The notes beneath the pieces were generated by a model. The model worked only from the letters and a program-made list of their open reading frames with translations, had not been told where the DNA came from and did not search any database. The position numbers and the translations under genes are program-made. Below, piece by piece: positions 1 through 9,343 of a stretch of 64,000 nucleotides of DNA. The stretch comes from an uncultured bacterium (lineage in GTDB: Bacteria; Margulisbacteria; WOR-1; CAVSGV01), in NCBI GenBank assembly GCA_963768305.1, contig CAVYHE010000003.1, forward strand, positions 128,001-192,000, written 5' to 3'. Each line of letters begins with the position of its first letter. The first letter of the stretch is position 1.

Positions 1-219
1 TGGAGAACCGTCATCCCCGATAAATTTCTTTATCGATAAATTAGAAGTATCTATCTTTTCCTCCGCGGGACCCGGGTAAAAGCTGCGAAAAGGTAAGAAT
101 TGAATATTCACGGGAGCTTCGCTTTTTTGCTCGGTGCCGCTCTTTACAGCAGAGGGCTCCCTGCTCGTGTTCACTGAAGGTCTGCTTATAGTAATAGTAT
201 CGCCAATGACCGTACACAT
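1..219 (-). CDS. Orphan hypothetical protein, 5' part only (runs off the window)
   Basis: Manual translation from ATG at 219 gives MCTVIGDTITISRPSVNTSREPSAVKSGTEQKSEAP..., open to position 1. AAGGAGA RBS upstream. Preceded by the sigma-28-like motif. Confidence 0.7.
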   Translation of the reverse strand, partial: MCTVIGDTITISRPSVNTSREPSAVKSGTEQKSEAPVNIQFLPFRSFYPGPAEEKIDTSNLSIKKFIGDDGSP

Positions 220-264
220 TTATGCAATTCTCCTTAATTTTTTACAGTCCTCTCCCATACTATA

Positions 265-292
265 TTATCGTATCAGTTAGGCTAAAACTTGC
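265..292 (-). promoter_or_regulatory. Sigma-28-like promoter motif, copy 1 (GCAAGTTT-N12-TACGATAA)
   Basis: Read on the reverse complement. Same geometry as five other copies upstream of orphan genes. Confidence 0.6.
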
Positions 293-364
293 ATCGAAAT
301 TAGTTAATCTTTTGGCGTTTTAACGCAGTAAATTCAAGATGATATTGGAGCGGGAATTATATGA

Positions 365-1174
365 TTAAATGTGCTTATTTACCCAGCCAACCATGTCCCT
401 GAACACCTGCTCCCTGTCCTTGTCCGTATATAAAGCGTGGTACATTTCGGGATACCATTTCAGCGTCTTGTCCTTTGACCGCATCTTTTTGAAATATTTT
501 TCGGCGGCTTCGGCGGAGATCATCTTGTCCTGCCCCGCAAGGAGCATCAGGACGGGAAGCTTTATCCTTCGGGGGTGCATATTTATGAATGTCATAGCTT
601 TCAATATCGAAAGGAAGAATTTCGCGGTCAAATTGCGGACCTCAAGGGGATCGTTGTTTATCCTTTTCGCCATCACCGGGTCGCGCGTGAAAAGCTCGGC
701 GGAAAATCCCGCTGGGAAATATTTCATCGGATCGAAAAGGGCGGCTTTGAAAATATCCACCTTCTGCTTGAGCGTGTACGGCATCTTGTCCTTCACAGCG
801 GGGGACATCAGGATGATGCCGTTGATCATCTTTTGATCGTGTATGGAAAAATCCAGAGTGATAAGCCCGCCCATGGATTCGCCGAACATGAATATCTTTT
901 TGCCGGGGTTCAGCTGTTTTGCCGTCCCGACGAGTGACCTAAGCTGTTCCGTATATATTTTGAAATTATCGATATGCCCTTTTTTCGAGGATGTTTCGCC
1001 GAAGCCATTGAGCTCGATCGCATATACCTGAAATCCGCTCTTTGCCAGGTAAGGGCCGAATTCAAAAAATCTTCCGGAATATCCGCCTAAACCGTGGACA
1101 AGGATAATGACAGCCTTGGGGGAAGGGCAATTCCACTCACGATAAAATACAACGCCGTCCTGGGACTTGAGCAT
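365..1174 (-). CDS. Alpha/beta hydrolase (lysophospholipase / monoacylglycerol lipase family)
   Basis: VHGLG, GESMGG nucleophile elbow, catalytic D and MYH. Start placed at ATG 1174, 6 nt after TATAAT. Confidence 0.9.
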   Translation of the reverse strand: MLKSQDGVVFYREWNCPSPKAVIILVHGLGGYSGRFFEFGPYLAKSGFQVYAIELNGFGETSSKKGHIDNFKIYTEQLRSLVGTAKQLNPGKKIFMFGESMGGLITLDFSIHDQKMINGIILMSPAVKDKMPYTLKQKVDIFKAALFDPMKYFPAGFSAELFTRDPVMAKRINNDPLEVRNLTAKFFLSILKAMTFINMHPRRIKLPVLMLLAGQDKMISAEAAEKYFKKMRSKDKTLKWYPEMYHALYTDKDREQVFRDMVGWVNKHI

Positions 1175-1234
1175 GCCGGGATTATACTGCAATTATAATG
1201 GACGCTCAACCCCGATTGATATAAAATGCTTTCA

Positions 1235-1861
1235 ATGAAAAAGCTGGTTATCTTTGTCATGGCTATAGGTTTGTTTGCCGCATCCGCGTGGCCGATCAAG
1301 ATCGACGGGCAAGACAATGACTGGGCGAATGTAAGGACCTTCTGCAAATGCCCCTTAAGGCCGCTTGAAAAAGACCGGGCCGGATTTGACATGAAAAGCA
1401 TCAAACTTCTCCTTGGGAACGGCTTTCTATACATATTTATAGACGGAAGGAGCGTTACGGGATTGAAACCGGATAGCGGCGCCGGATTGAAGAAAACAAG
1501 CATAAGAGTTTCTTTCAGGTCCGAGCAAAGCCTGTTGAACAGGGTACGGATAGCCGCGGATCCGGATTCGCCGTGGCAGGTCAAACTGTCTTATCCGTCA
1601 ACTACTTCCGAAGTCTTCGGCAGCCGGAAGAACAAATACTGGGCTTTTATCAGAGAAAAAAAGAGAGCGGGATTTGAAATAAAGATCCCCGTTTTCCGCA
1701 CCCAAAAGGGGATCCAGGTAGGCGTTCCCGACGGGCCGATCATCAAGACTTCCAGGCCGCAGAGCACCATGCTTTCATATGTCCAGATTAATTCCGTGGA
1801 TGTGAGCACTCACCGGCTCGTGGATACGGTTGAATTTCCGATACACAGAGGTGACCTGTAA
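1235..1861 (+). CDS. Secreted hypothetical protein
   Basis: Signal peptide MKKLVIFVMAIGLFAASAWP, then IKIDGQDNDW. Start is 7 nt after TAAAAT. Confidence 0.7.
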   Translation: MKKLVIFVMAIGLFAASAWPIKIDGQDNDWANVRTFCKCPLRPLEKDRAGFDMKSIKLLLGNGFLYIFIDGRSVTGLKPDSGAGLKKTSIRVSFRSEQSLLNRVRIAADPDSPWQVKLSYPSTTSEVFGSRKNKYWAFIREKKRAGFEIKIPVFRTQKGIQVGVPDGPIIKTSRPQSTMLSYVQINSVDVSTHRLVDTVEFPIHRGDL

Positions 1862-2733
1862 TGGCGCTTGAAAAAAAACTTAAAAATATAGTTCTTGGCT
1901 TCCAGAAGAATGAGATAACGGAACATCTTATTTACAAAAGATTATCGGAGATATTGAAGAGCGCTCACAATAAGGAAGTCCTTGCGAACATATCCAAGGA
2001 TGAACTACGCCATTACACAACCTGGAAAAAATATACCAGTATTGAAGTGAAACCCAATCGGCTTAAGTACTGGTTCTATCTTTCTGTTTCGCTTATTTTC
2101 GGGGTCACTTTCGGCATGAAGCTGATGGAAGGCGGAGAGAAAGGCGCCCAAAAAGCATATGATTATATCAGCGCGGCCATTCCGGAAGCCTTGACGATCA
2201 AAAAAGATGAAGAGGAGCACGAGAGCGAACTTGTGGCGATGATCGACGAGGAAAAACTGAAATACATCGGCTCGGTGGTCCTGGGCTTGAGCGACGCGCT
2301 TGTGGAATTCACGGGAACTTTGGCCGGGCTCACGTTCGCTCTTCAGAACGCGAAGATCATAGGTGTCGCGGGATTGATAACCGGAATAGCGGCATCGCTT
2401 TCAATGGGAGCTTCCGAATACCTGTCCACAAAAACGGAAGGGGAGGCCAGGGAACCTCTAAAAGCTGCGTTCTATACGACAATCACTTATATTTTCGCGG
2501 TCGCAGTGCTGGTCTCGCCTTACTTGATGATAAATAATTATCTTGTTTGCCTCGAATTGACGCTTATCGGCGCGATAATAATGATATTCGTTTTCACATT
2601 CTATTACGCCGTCGTAAAAGAGATATCGTTCAAGGTCAGGTTCCTGGAGATGTTCGGCATTTGTATGGGCGTAGCCGCTGTAAGCTTTGCGATCGGGCTG
2701 CTAATCAGAAAGTTTCTGGGGATCCAGGTCTAG
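1861..2733 (+). CDS. Rubrerythrin-like N-domain + VIT1/CCC1 family metal transporter
   Basis: NEITEH..Y, DELRH and EEEHE ferritin-like motifs; GSVVLGLSDALVE and AASLSMGASEYLS VIT1 motifs. Confidence 0.9.
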   Translation: MALEKKLKNIVLGFQKNEITEHLIYKRLSEILKSAHNKEVLANISKDELRHYTTWKKYTSIEVKPNRLKYWFYLSVSLIFGVTFGMKLMEGGEKGAQKAYDYISAAIPEALTIKKDEEEHESELVAMIDEEKLKYIGSVVLGLSDALVEFTGTLAGLTFALQNAKIIGVAGLITGIAASLSMGASEYLSTKTEGEAREPLKAAFYTTITYIFAVAVLVSPYLMINNYLVCLELTLIGAIIMIFVFTFYYAVVKEISFKVRFLEMFGICMGVAAVSFAIGLLIRKFLGIQV

Positions 2734-3520
2734 TCACGCCCTGCAGATCACTTTTATCGATTCAAACGTCGCGTAAACCCGGTTGCCTATCCTGCTGTTC
2801 TTTTCATAATACTTGATCAGAGAATTCATTTTTGTCCTGGATCTAAGGCCTTTGGGAAGATCGGGTGAAGCGTTCAACGCCCCCATTCCCTTCAGAGACT
2901 TGAAGAAGGCCCTGAAATCAGGATAAAATTCCCTTATAGTATTGGTGTTGAATTTCAGGACTTCAAAGCCGGCGTCCTTCAGCATTGCCTGCAATTCCCG
3001 GATATCCCAGAATTTGTGCATGTGGTCCGCGTCATTGCCGAACGCGATCTTATAATTCCTTTTCAGTTCCGAAAGCGTTTTCGGCCCGAAAGTGACGAAG
3101 GCAAAGAAACCGCCGGGCTTCAGGACCCTTTTTGCTTCCGCGAAAGATTTTTCAATGTCATTTACCCACTGGAATGTCGTGCTTGAAACTACAAGATCAA
3201 AGCTTTTGTTCTCGAACGGAAGATTTTCGGCGTCGCCGGCAATAAAAGACACATTTTTAAAATGATTGTTCTGCTCCGCTTTCTTTATCATTCCTGGCGC
3301 GATGTCGCATCCGATTATTTTGGCGTCCTTGAATTTTGCCGCCAGCAGGAAAGCCGCTCCTCCCGTGCCTGTGCCGATATCAAGTATGTTTAGAGGGGGA
3401 CATTTTTACGTTAGAAAGGCTTTCTATAAGCTCTTTTGCGAGAGTCCTCTGAAGGCCCGCGAATTTGTCGTAATTCTCCGCCGACCTGGAAAATGACAAC
3501 GCTATCTTTTTTTTATCCAA
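2734..3520 (-). CDS. bioC: Malonyl-ACP O-methyltransferase BioC (frameshifted in the assembly)
   Basis: N-terminus MDKKKIALSFSRSAENYD from TTG 3520; LDIGTGTG SAM motif; C-terminal ORF 2734-3291 with GDAENLPF...FDLVVSS; biotin cluster context. Confidence 0.85.
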
Positions 3521-4281
3521 GGAATTCCGAGATTTCATCGATCATTTCCTTTTCTCTCGTTAAATGCGGAGCGTGCCCGGCGCCTTCCAGTATTTTTAAT
3601 TTGCTTCCTTTAATGTTATCAGCCAAATATTCCGAGCATTGGCGGTCGATTATCCGGTCATTATCCCCGGCAATGATAAAAGCAGGGACATTTATTTCTG
3701 TCAGGTACTTTCTTCCGTCATAATTTTCAAAGCCGTTCATGCAGGCTGAGAGAGTTTCGGGGGAAGGGGTTTGGGATGCGAGTTCGGCCGCAAACTTTGA
3801 ATTCTCTTCATTTTCTGAAAATATCAGATGATAAAAATCGTTCATTGTCTTTTTCATGTCAGATTTCAGGCCTTTCCGGAATTTACTGAACATAGCTTTG
3901 TTCATCCCGGCGGGGAAATCGTCGGAAGCGACGAACTTCGGGGTAGATGAGACGAGTATCAGAGAATCGATATTGTTGTGCCTGTGGCCGCATTTTTCAT
4001 CTTTGCATGTTTCCAGTGATTTTTGCCGGAACATTTCCAGAGCTATCTGGCCGCCCATGGACCATCCAAGCAGCGAGAATGGTTCTTTTAGATATTGGTC
4101 AAGGGCGTAGAGGATCGACATGCGCAGAGAACGAAAAATCCCTGAATTCGCCCTTGGTTTGGCCGTGGCCGGGGATGTCAACCATCAGGGCTTCATAGTC
4201 TTTTGAGAGCTTGGTTCCAATGGACGTGAACGTCCTGGAATCGCAGCCGAACCCGTGGAGCATTACCAGATATTTTTTCAT
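3513..4281 (-). CDS. bioH: Pimeloyl-ACP methyl ester esterase BioH-like (frameshifted)
   Basis: LHGFG and DIPGHG in ORF 4099-4281; GWSMGG and AGHAPH in ORF 3513-4181; adjacent to bioC. Confidence 0.85.
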
Positions 4282-4311
4282 GGCCTTCCATTATGATATA
4301 ATTTCACGGTT

Positions 4312-5258
4312 ATGTCGATATTATCGAAGAAAGAAGCCATTGAGCTGATAAGCCTTCCGGATGACAAGACCTTCGACCTGATATTTGAGGCCGGCCGTGT
4401 TGCGAGGAAATACAAGGGAAATAAAGTAAAGCTCTGCTCGATAGTCAATGCGAGATCGGGCAAATGCTCCGAAAACTGCATGTTCTGCGCGCAGTCCGCG
4501 CATCATAAGGCAAAGATCGATGTTTATCCGCTTATTTCCTCGAATGAGATCATTGATGCTGCAAAAAATGCTGTCAAAGAAAGCCGGTCGACCTGCTTCG
4601 GGATCGTCACGTCCGGTAAAGGGATCGGGACGGACAGAGATGTCGCTGTTATCTGCGACGCCGTAAAAAAGATAAAAGGCGGTTTGAAGGTCAATCGGTG
4701 CGTCTCTTCCGGCATTCTCACAAAGGATCAGCTGAAAAGATTGAAAGATTCCGGACTGAAAAATTCCATCATAACCTGGAAACTTCAAAAAGCTTCTTCC
4801 CGAAAATGTGCACCACGCACACTTTTGAGGACAGGGTCAGGACCGTGAAAGCGGCGAAAAGCCTGGGGCTGGAAGTTTGCTGCGGCGGTATTTTTGGCCT
4901 CGGTGAAACGCCTGCCCAGAGAGTTGAACTGGCATTCCAATTGAAAGAGCTTGATCCTGTGTCAATACCGATCAATATCCTGAATCCGATAAAAGGTACC
5001 AGGGCGGAAAAGCTTCCTGTGATGAAGCCGCTGGAAGTTCTCCGGCTACTGGCCGTTTACAGGTTGATCTTCCCGGAAAAAGATATCGGCATTTTTGGAG
5101 GAAGAGAGCTCAGCTTACGCGGCCTTCAGCCGCTGATTTTCCTGGGCGGCGCGAACATGACATTGATAGGCAATTACCTTACAACTTCCGGCAACTCTCC
5201 TGAAACAGACCTGCAGATGATAAAAGATCTTGGCTTGAAGATCGAGAAGGTTTCATGA
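4312..5258 (+). CDS. bioB: Biotin synthase (frameshift near 4760)
   Basis: NARSGKCSENCMFCAQS radical SAM motif; HHNLETS, CCGGIFGLGE and GNYLTT in the second frame. Confidence 0.95.
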
Positions 5259-6362
5259 TGGACTTCATCGAACAAGAACTGAACAAGCTCAAGGAAGAGG
5301 GTAATTTCAGGCAATTGAAGATCCCCAAAAATGTCATCAACTTCTGCTCCAACGATTATCTGGGCCTCTCAAAACATCCGAAAGTAATTGAACGGGCCGC
5401 GTCGGTCCTGAAAAAATACGGCGTGGGAGCCGGAGCTTCCAGATTGGTTTCCGGTAACTTTGATGTCCATGAAGAGCTTGAATCAAAGATCGCGGAGTAT
5501 GAGAGGACTCAAGCTTCAATAGTATTTCCCACGGGGTATATGGCGAATCTTGGGACTATCCAGGCGCTGGTGGGGGCGGGCGATGCTGTCATCATCGACA
5601 GGCTGGATCATGCGAGCATCGTCGATGGCGCCAGATTGTCCGGCGCAAAATTGCTTGTTTATCCTCACAAAGATGTCGATGCGCTTGAAAAGATACTCAA
5701 GAAAGCTTCATCATTCAAAAGAAAACTGATAGTTACTGATCACATTTTCAGCATGGACGGCGATATTGCTCCGGTCAAAGAATTGTCTGAATTAGCCGAT
5801 AAATATGATGCGATGCTGATGGTCGGATGTCGCCCATTCCACCGGGGTTCTTGATACTCGACATATTGCCCAAATATCGAAAGAACCTGATAATAATGGG
5901 GACTTTAAGCAAAGCTATCGGGTCGCTTGGCGGTTTTGTTGCGGGAACTTCCATCCTGATCGATTATCTCCGTAACAAGGCCACGTGCTTTCATATATAC
6001 TACGGCGCTTCCGCCGGCGATTGCCGCCGCGTCGATCGCATCTTTTGAGATCATAATGAGTGAGCCGGAGCTGAAGAAAAAACTATGGGACAATGTAAAA
6101 TATCTGAAAGAAAAAATGAAAAAGCTCGATCTTGATATTATGGGTTCCCAGACGCAGATAATACCGATAATGATCGGCGACTCAAAAAAAGCGGTCGAGA
6201 TCTCAGAAGATATTTATAGGCGCGGGATATTACTTGACGGCTATTCGTCCGCCTACTGTCCCGAAAGGCACGGCGAGATTACGGCTGACAGTTTCGGCCG
6301 CGCATAGCAGGGCGGATATCGATAAGCTGATAGGAGTTTTATGCCAAAAGCATTTCTCATAA
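5255..6362 (+). CDS. bioF: 8-amino-7-oxononanoate synthase (several frameshifts)
   Basis: [38 protein letters not shown] and IRPPTVP spread over successive frames. Confidence 0.9.
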
Positions 6363-7003
6363 CCGCGACAGATACGGAAGTGGGCAAAACTTTCATCACT
6401 GCCGGACTGGCATTCGCCGCGCAGGAAAAAGGATTATCCGTCGGCATAAGCAAGCCGATCTCCTGCGGAGGGATCGAAGACGCTAAATTTTACAGGTCCA
6501 AATTGAAGCTGAAGGACAGCATCGATTCGATCAATCCGATTAAATTCAGGCAGCCGCTTTCGCCGTACGCCGCGATGAAAACGGAAAAAATAAAGATCGA
6601 CATCCGCAAGATCAAGGACGGAGTAAAAAAATTGATAAGGTCACGCGACCTTGTATTTGTGGAGGGTTTGGGAGGCGCGCTTGCGCCGGTCAAAAGAAAT
6701 TATTTTGTCGCTGATCTGGCTAATGAGCTCAAATTGCCTTGCATCATTATTGCGCGCGCCGGGCTGGGAACGATCAACCATACTCTTATGACGGTCGATG
6801 AATTGAAAAAAAGAAAGATAAGGATCTCCGGCATCATCATGAACGGATTCGACGGAAAGGAACCTTCGCAAATATCGAATGCGAAAGTTATCGAGGAATT
6901 GTCGGGAGTAAAAGTTGTCGGGAAAATAAAGGCGAGAAGCTCGTTCAAGGGATTAGTTGAGCAGATAAAAAAGCAAAAGATATATGAAAAACTCAAAACT
7001 TAA
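6341..7003 (+). CDS. bioD: Dethiobiotin synthase
   Basis: [11 protein letters not shown]-loop, [13 protein letters not shown]. Confidence 0.95.
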   Translation: MPKAFLITATDTEVGKTFITAGLAFAAQEKGLSVGISKPISCGGIEDAKFYRSKLKLKDSIDSINPIKFRQPLSPYAAMKTEKIKIDIRKIKDGVKKLIRSRDLVFVEGLGGALAPVKRNYFVADLANELKLPCIIIARAGLGTINHTLMTVDELKKRKIRISGIIMNGFDGKEPSQISNAKVIEELSGVKVVGKIKARSSFKGLVEQIKKQKIYEKLKT

Positions 7004-8375
7004 GAATATTGACCGAAAATATATATGGCATCCGTTCACGCAGATGCAGGACTGGATGAACAGCGAGCCGCTCATCATCGAAGAAGGCAAGGGCGCGTGG
7101 ATAAAAGATATCGACGGCAAATGGTATATCGACGGTGTCTCGTCGCTGTGGGTGAATGTCCACGGCCACAGGCATCCCGCAATCGATAAAGCTGTCAAAG
7201 CTCAGATTGATAAAATTGCTCACTCCACGATGCTGGGCCTTTCGAACGTTCCTGCGGCCATCCTTGCGGAAAAATTGATAAAGATAGCGCCAAAAGGATT
7301 GAAAAAAGTATTCTATTCGGATTCGGGCTCTGAGGGTGTGGATATAGCGTTGAAAATGGCGTTCCAGTATTGGCAGCAACGCGGAAAGTTAAGAGTTAAA
7401 AGTTATGAGTTAAGGAAGAAGAAGTTTTTGACTTTAGTTAATGCGTATCACGGAGATACGATCGGGGCTGTTTCGGTAGGGGGCATAGACCTCTTCCATC
7501 AGATATACAAGCCGCTGCTGTTCAAGTCGTTCAAAGCGCCGACGCCGTATTGCTATAGATGTCCCTTCAAATTAGAGAGCGGAGATCAGAAATGTGAGAT
7601 GAGATGCCTGAGAGAAGTCGAAAATATAATGAAGAAACATCGCAAGGAGATCGCCGCGATGATAGTTGAGCCGCTGGTTCAGGCCGCGGCGGGGATGCTT
7701 GTTTATCCGAAAGGTTACCTTAAAGGCATCAGAAAACTCTGCACGAAATACGATATCCTGATGATAGCGGATGAGGTGGCCGTCGGTTTCGGAAGGACCG
7801 GAAAAATGTTCGCCTGCGAGCATGAAAATATCAGCCCTGATCTGATGATCGTCGCGAAAGGCCTGACCGGCGGATATCTTCCCGTTGCCACTACGCTAAC
7901 CACAGAAAAGATTTTCAATGCGTTCTTGGGCACTCACGAAAGCAATCGTACTTTTTATCACGGTCATACTTACACAGGCAATCCTCTGGGATGCGCCGCG
8001 GGAATAGCGAGCATGGATCTTTTTAGGTCTGAAAAAACATTGCAACATCTTCAGCCGAAGATCAAATTTTTAAGCGAAAAACTTGAGAAATTCAAAAAGC
8101 TCGATCACGTCGGCGATATCAGGCGATGCGGTTTCATTGCCGGGATCGAGCTCGTAAAAGATAAACGTACTAAAGAGGCTTATACGCCGTCCGATAAGAT
8201 CGGCATAAAGGTCATAATGGAAGCGAGGAAGCGAGGGCTGATAATAAGGCCGCTTTCGGACATTATCGTGATCATGCCACCGCTGTCCATATCAAAGGTG
8301 GATTTAGGCAATATGCTTGATATAATCTATAGTTCAATAAAAAAAGTCACTGAAGGGAAGGTGGAACCATGGTAA
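6984..8375 (+). CDS. bioA: Adenosylmethionine-8-amino-7-oxononanoate aminotransferase
   Basis: IWHPFTQM, SSLWVNVHGH, DEVAVGFGRTG, AKGLTGGYLP, HGHTYTGNPL. Confidence 0.97.
   Translation: MKNSKLKNIDRKYIWHPFTQMQDWMNSEPLIIEEGKGAWIKDIDGKWYIDGVSSLWVNVHGHRHPAIDKAVKAQIDKIAHSTMLGLSNVPAAILAEKLIKIAPKGLKKVFYSDSGSEGVDIALKMAFQYWQQRGKLRVKSYELRKKKFLTLVNAYHGDTIGAVSVGGIDLFHQIYKPLLFKSFKAPTPYCYRCPFKLESGDQKCEMRCLREVENIMKKHRKEIAAMIVEPLVQAAAGMLVYPKGYLKGIRKLCTKYDILMIADEVAVGFGRTGKMFACEHENISPDLMIVAKGLTGGYLPVATTLTTEKIFNAFLGTHESNRTFYHGHTYTGNPLGCAAGIASMDLFRSEKTLQHLQPKIKFLSEKLEKFKKLDHVGDIRRCGFIAGIELVKDKRTKEAYTPSDKIGIKVIMEARKRGLIIRPLSDIIVIMPPLSISKVDLGNMLDIIYSSIKKVTEGKVEPW
7387..7414 (+). repeat. Degenerate heptamer array inside bioA (agttaag-agttaaa-agttatg-agttaag)
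   Basis: Visible 7-nt periodicity; encodes most of KLRVKSYELR. Confidence 0.75.
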
Positions 8376-9343
8376 AAGCCATAAATACAATCGGAGTCGT
8401 TACTCCCGGAGGCGATGCTCCCGGAATGAACACCGCCATAAGGGCGGTAGTCCGGACGGCCATTTTTCACGGGCGCCGCGTCATGGGGATCGAGCGCGGT
8501 TACGCCGGACTCATCGGCGGGGATATCCATTCCATGGACCTGAAATCAGTTTCAGGCATAGTGAACAGAGGAGGGACGGTCCTTCATACTGTCCGCTGCC
8601 CTGAATTCAAGAAAAAATCTTTCAGGAAGATCGCGGGGCGTCAGTTGAAAGATCACGGGATAGACGCATTGGTGATCATAGGCGGCAACGGGTCCCTTGG
8701 CGGAGCGCATGACCTTCACAAGGAATTCGGCATCAATTCAATGGTCGTACCCGCGTCGATAGACAATGATATACCTTACACGGATTCGACGATAGGATAT
8801 GACACGGCGGTCAATACTGCGCTTGACGCGATAGACAAGATACGCGATACGGCGGCATCCCACGAACGGGTCTTCATCATCGAGGTCATGGGAAGGGATA
8901 ACGGGTTCATTGCCCTGGAAGTCGGGCTCGGAGCGGGAGCCGAGATAATACTTGTACCGGAAGTTAAATGCGATTTTGAAAGGGTTGCCAAAAGGCTGCA
9001 GGAAGGAATGGACAGGGGAAAGCTGAGCACGATAATCGTAGTCGCCGAAGGCGCCTGCAGCGGCCAGGACCTCAAGGAATATATCGCGAAGAAACTGCAT
9101 GTGGATGTACGGGTCACGGTCCTGGGCCATATCCAGAGGGGAGGTTCGCCTTCCGCGGAATCCAGGTCACTTGCCTGCAAACTCGGATCAGCAGCTGTGG
9201 AAATGCTTTTGGAAGGAAAAAAGAACAAGCTTGTAGGGATGGTCAATGAAATAGTGACTGCCACGGATATTGCCAAGGCCGTGAAAGCGAAAAAGACGAT
9301 AGACAGGTCCATTCTGGAGTTAGCCGAAAAACTTTCCATATGA
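8369..9343 (+). CDS. pfkA: ATP-dependent 6-phosphofructokinase
   Basis: [27 protein letters not shown]. Confidence 0.95.
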   Translation: MVKAINTIGVVTPGGDAPGMNTAIRAVVRTAIFHGRRVMGIERGYAGLIGGDIHSMDLKSVSGIVNRGGTVLHTVRCPEFKKKSFRKIAGRQLKDHGIDALVIIGGNGSLGGAHDLHKEFGINSMVVPASIDNDIPYTDSTIGYDTAVNTALDAIDKIRDTAASHERVFIIEVMGRDNGFIALEVGLGAGAEIILVPEVKCDFERVAKRLQEGMDRGKLSTIIVVAEGACSGQDLKEYIAKKLHVDVRVTVLGHIQRGGSPSAESRSLACKLGSAAVEMLLEGKKNKLVGMVNEIVTATDIAKAVKAKKTIDRSILELAEKLSI

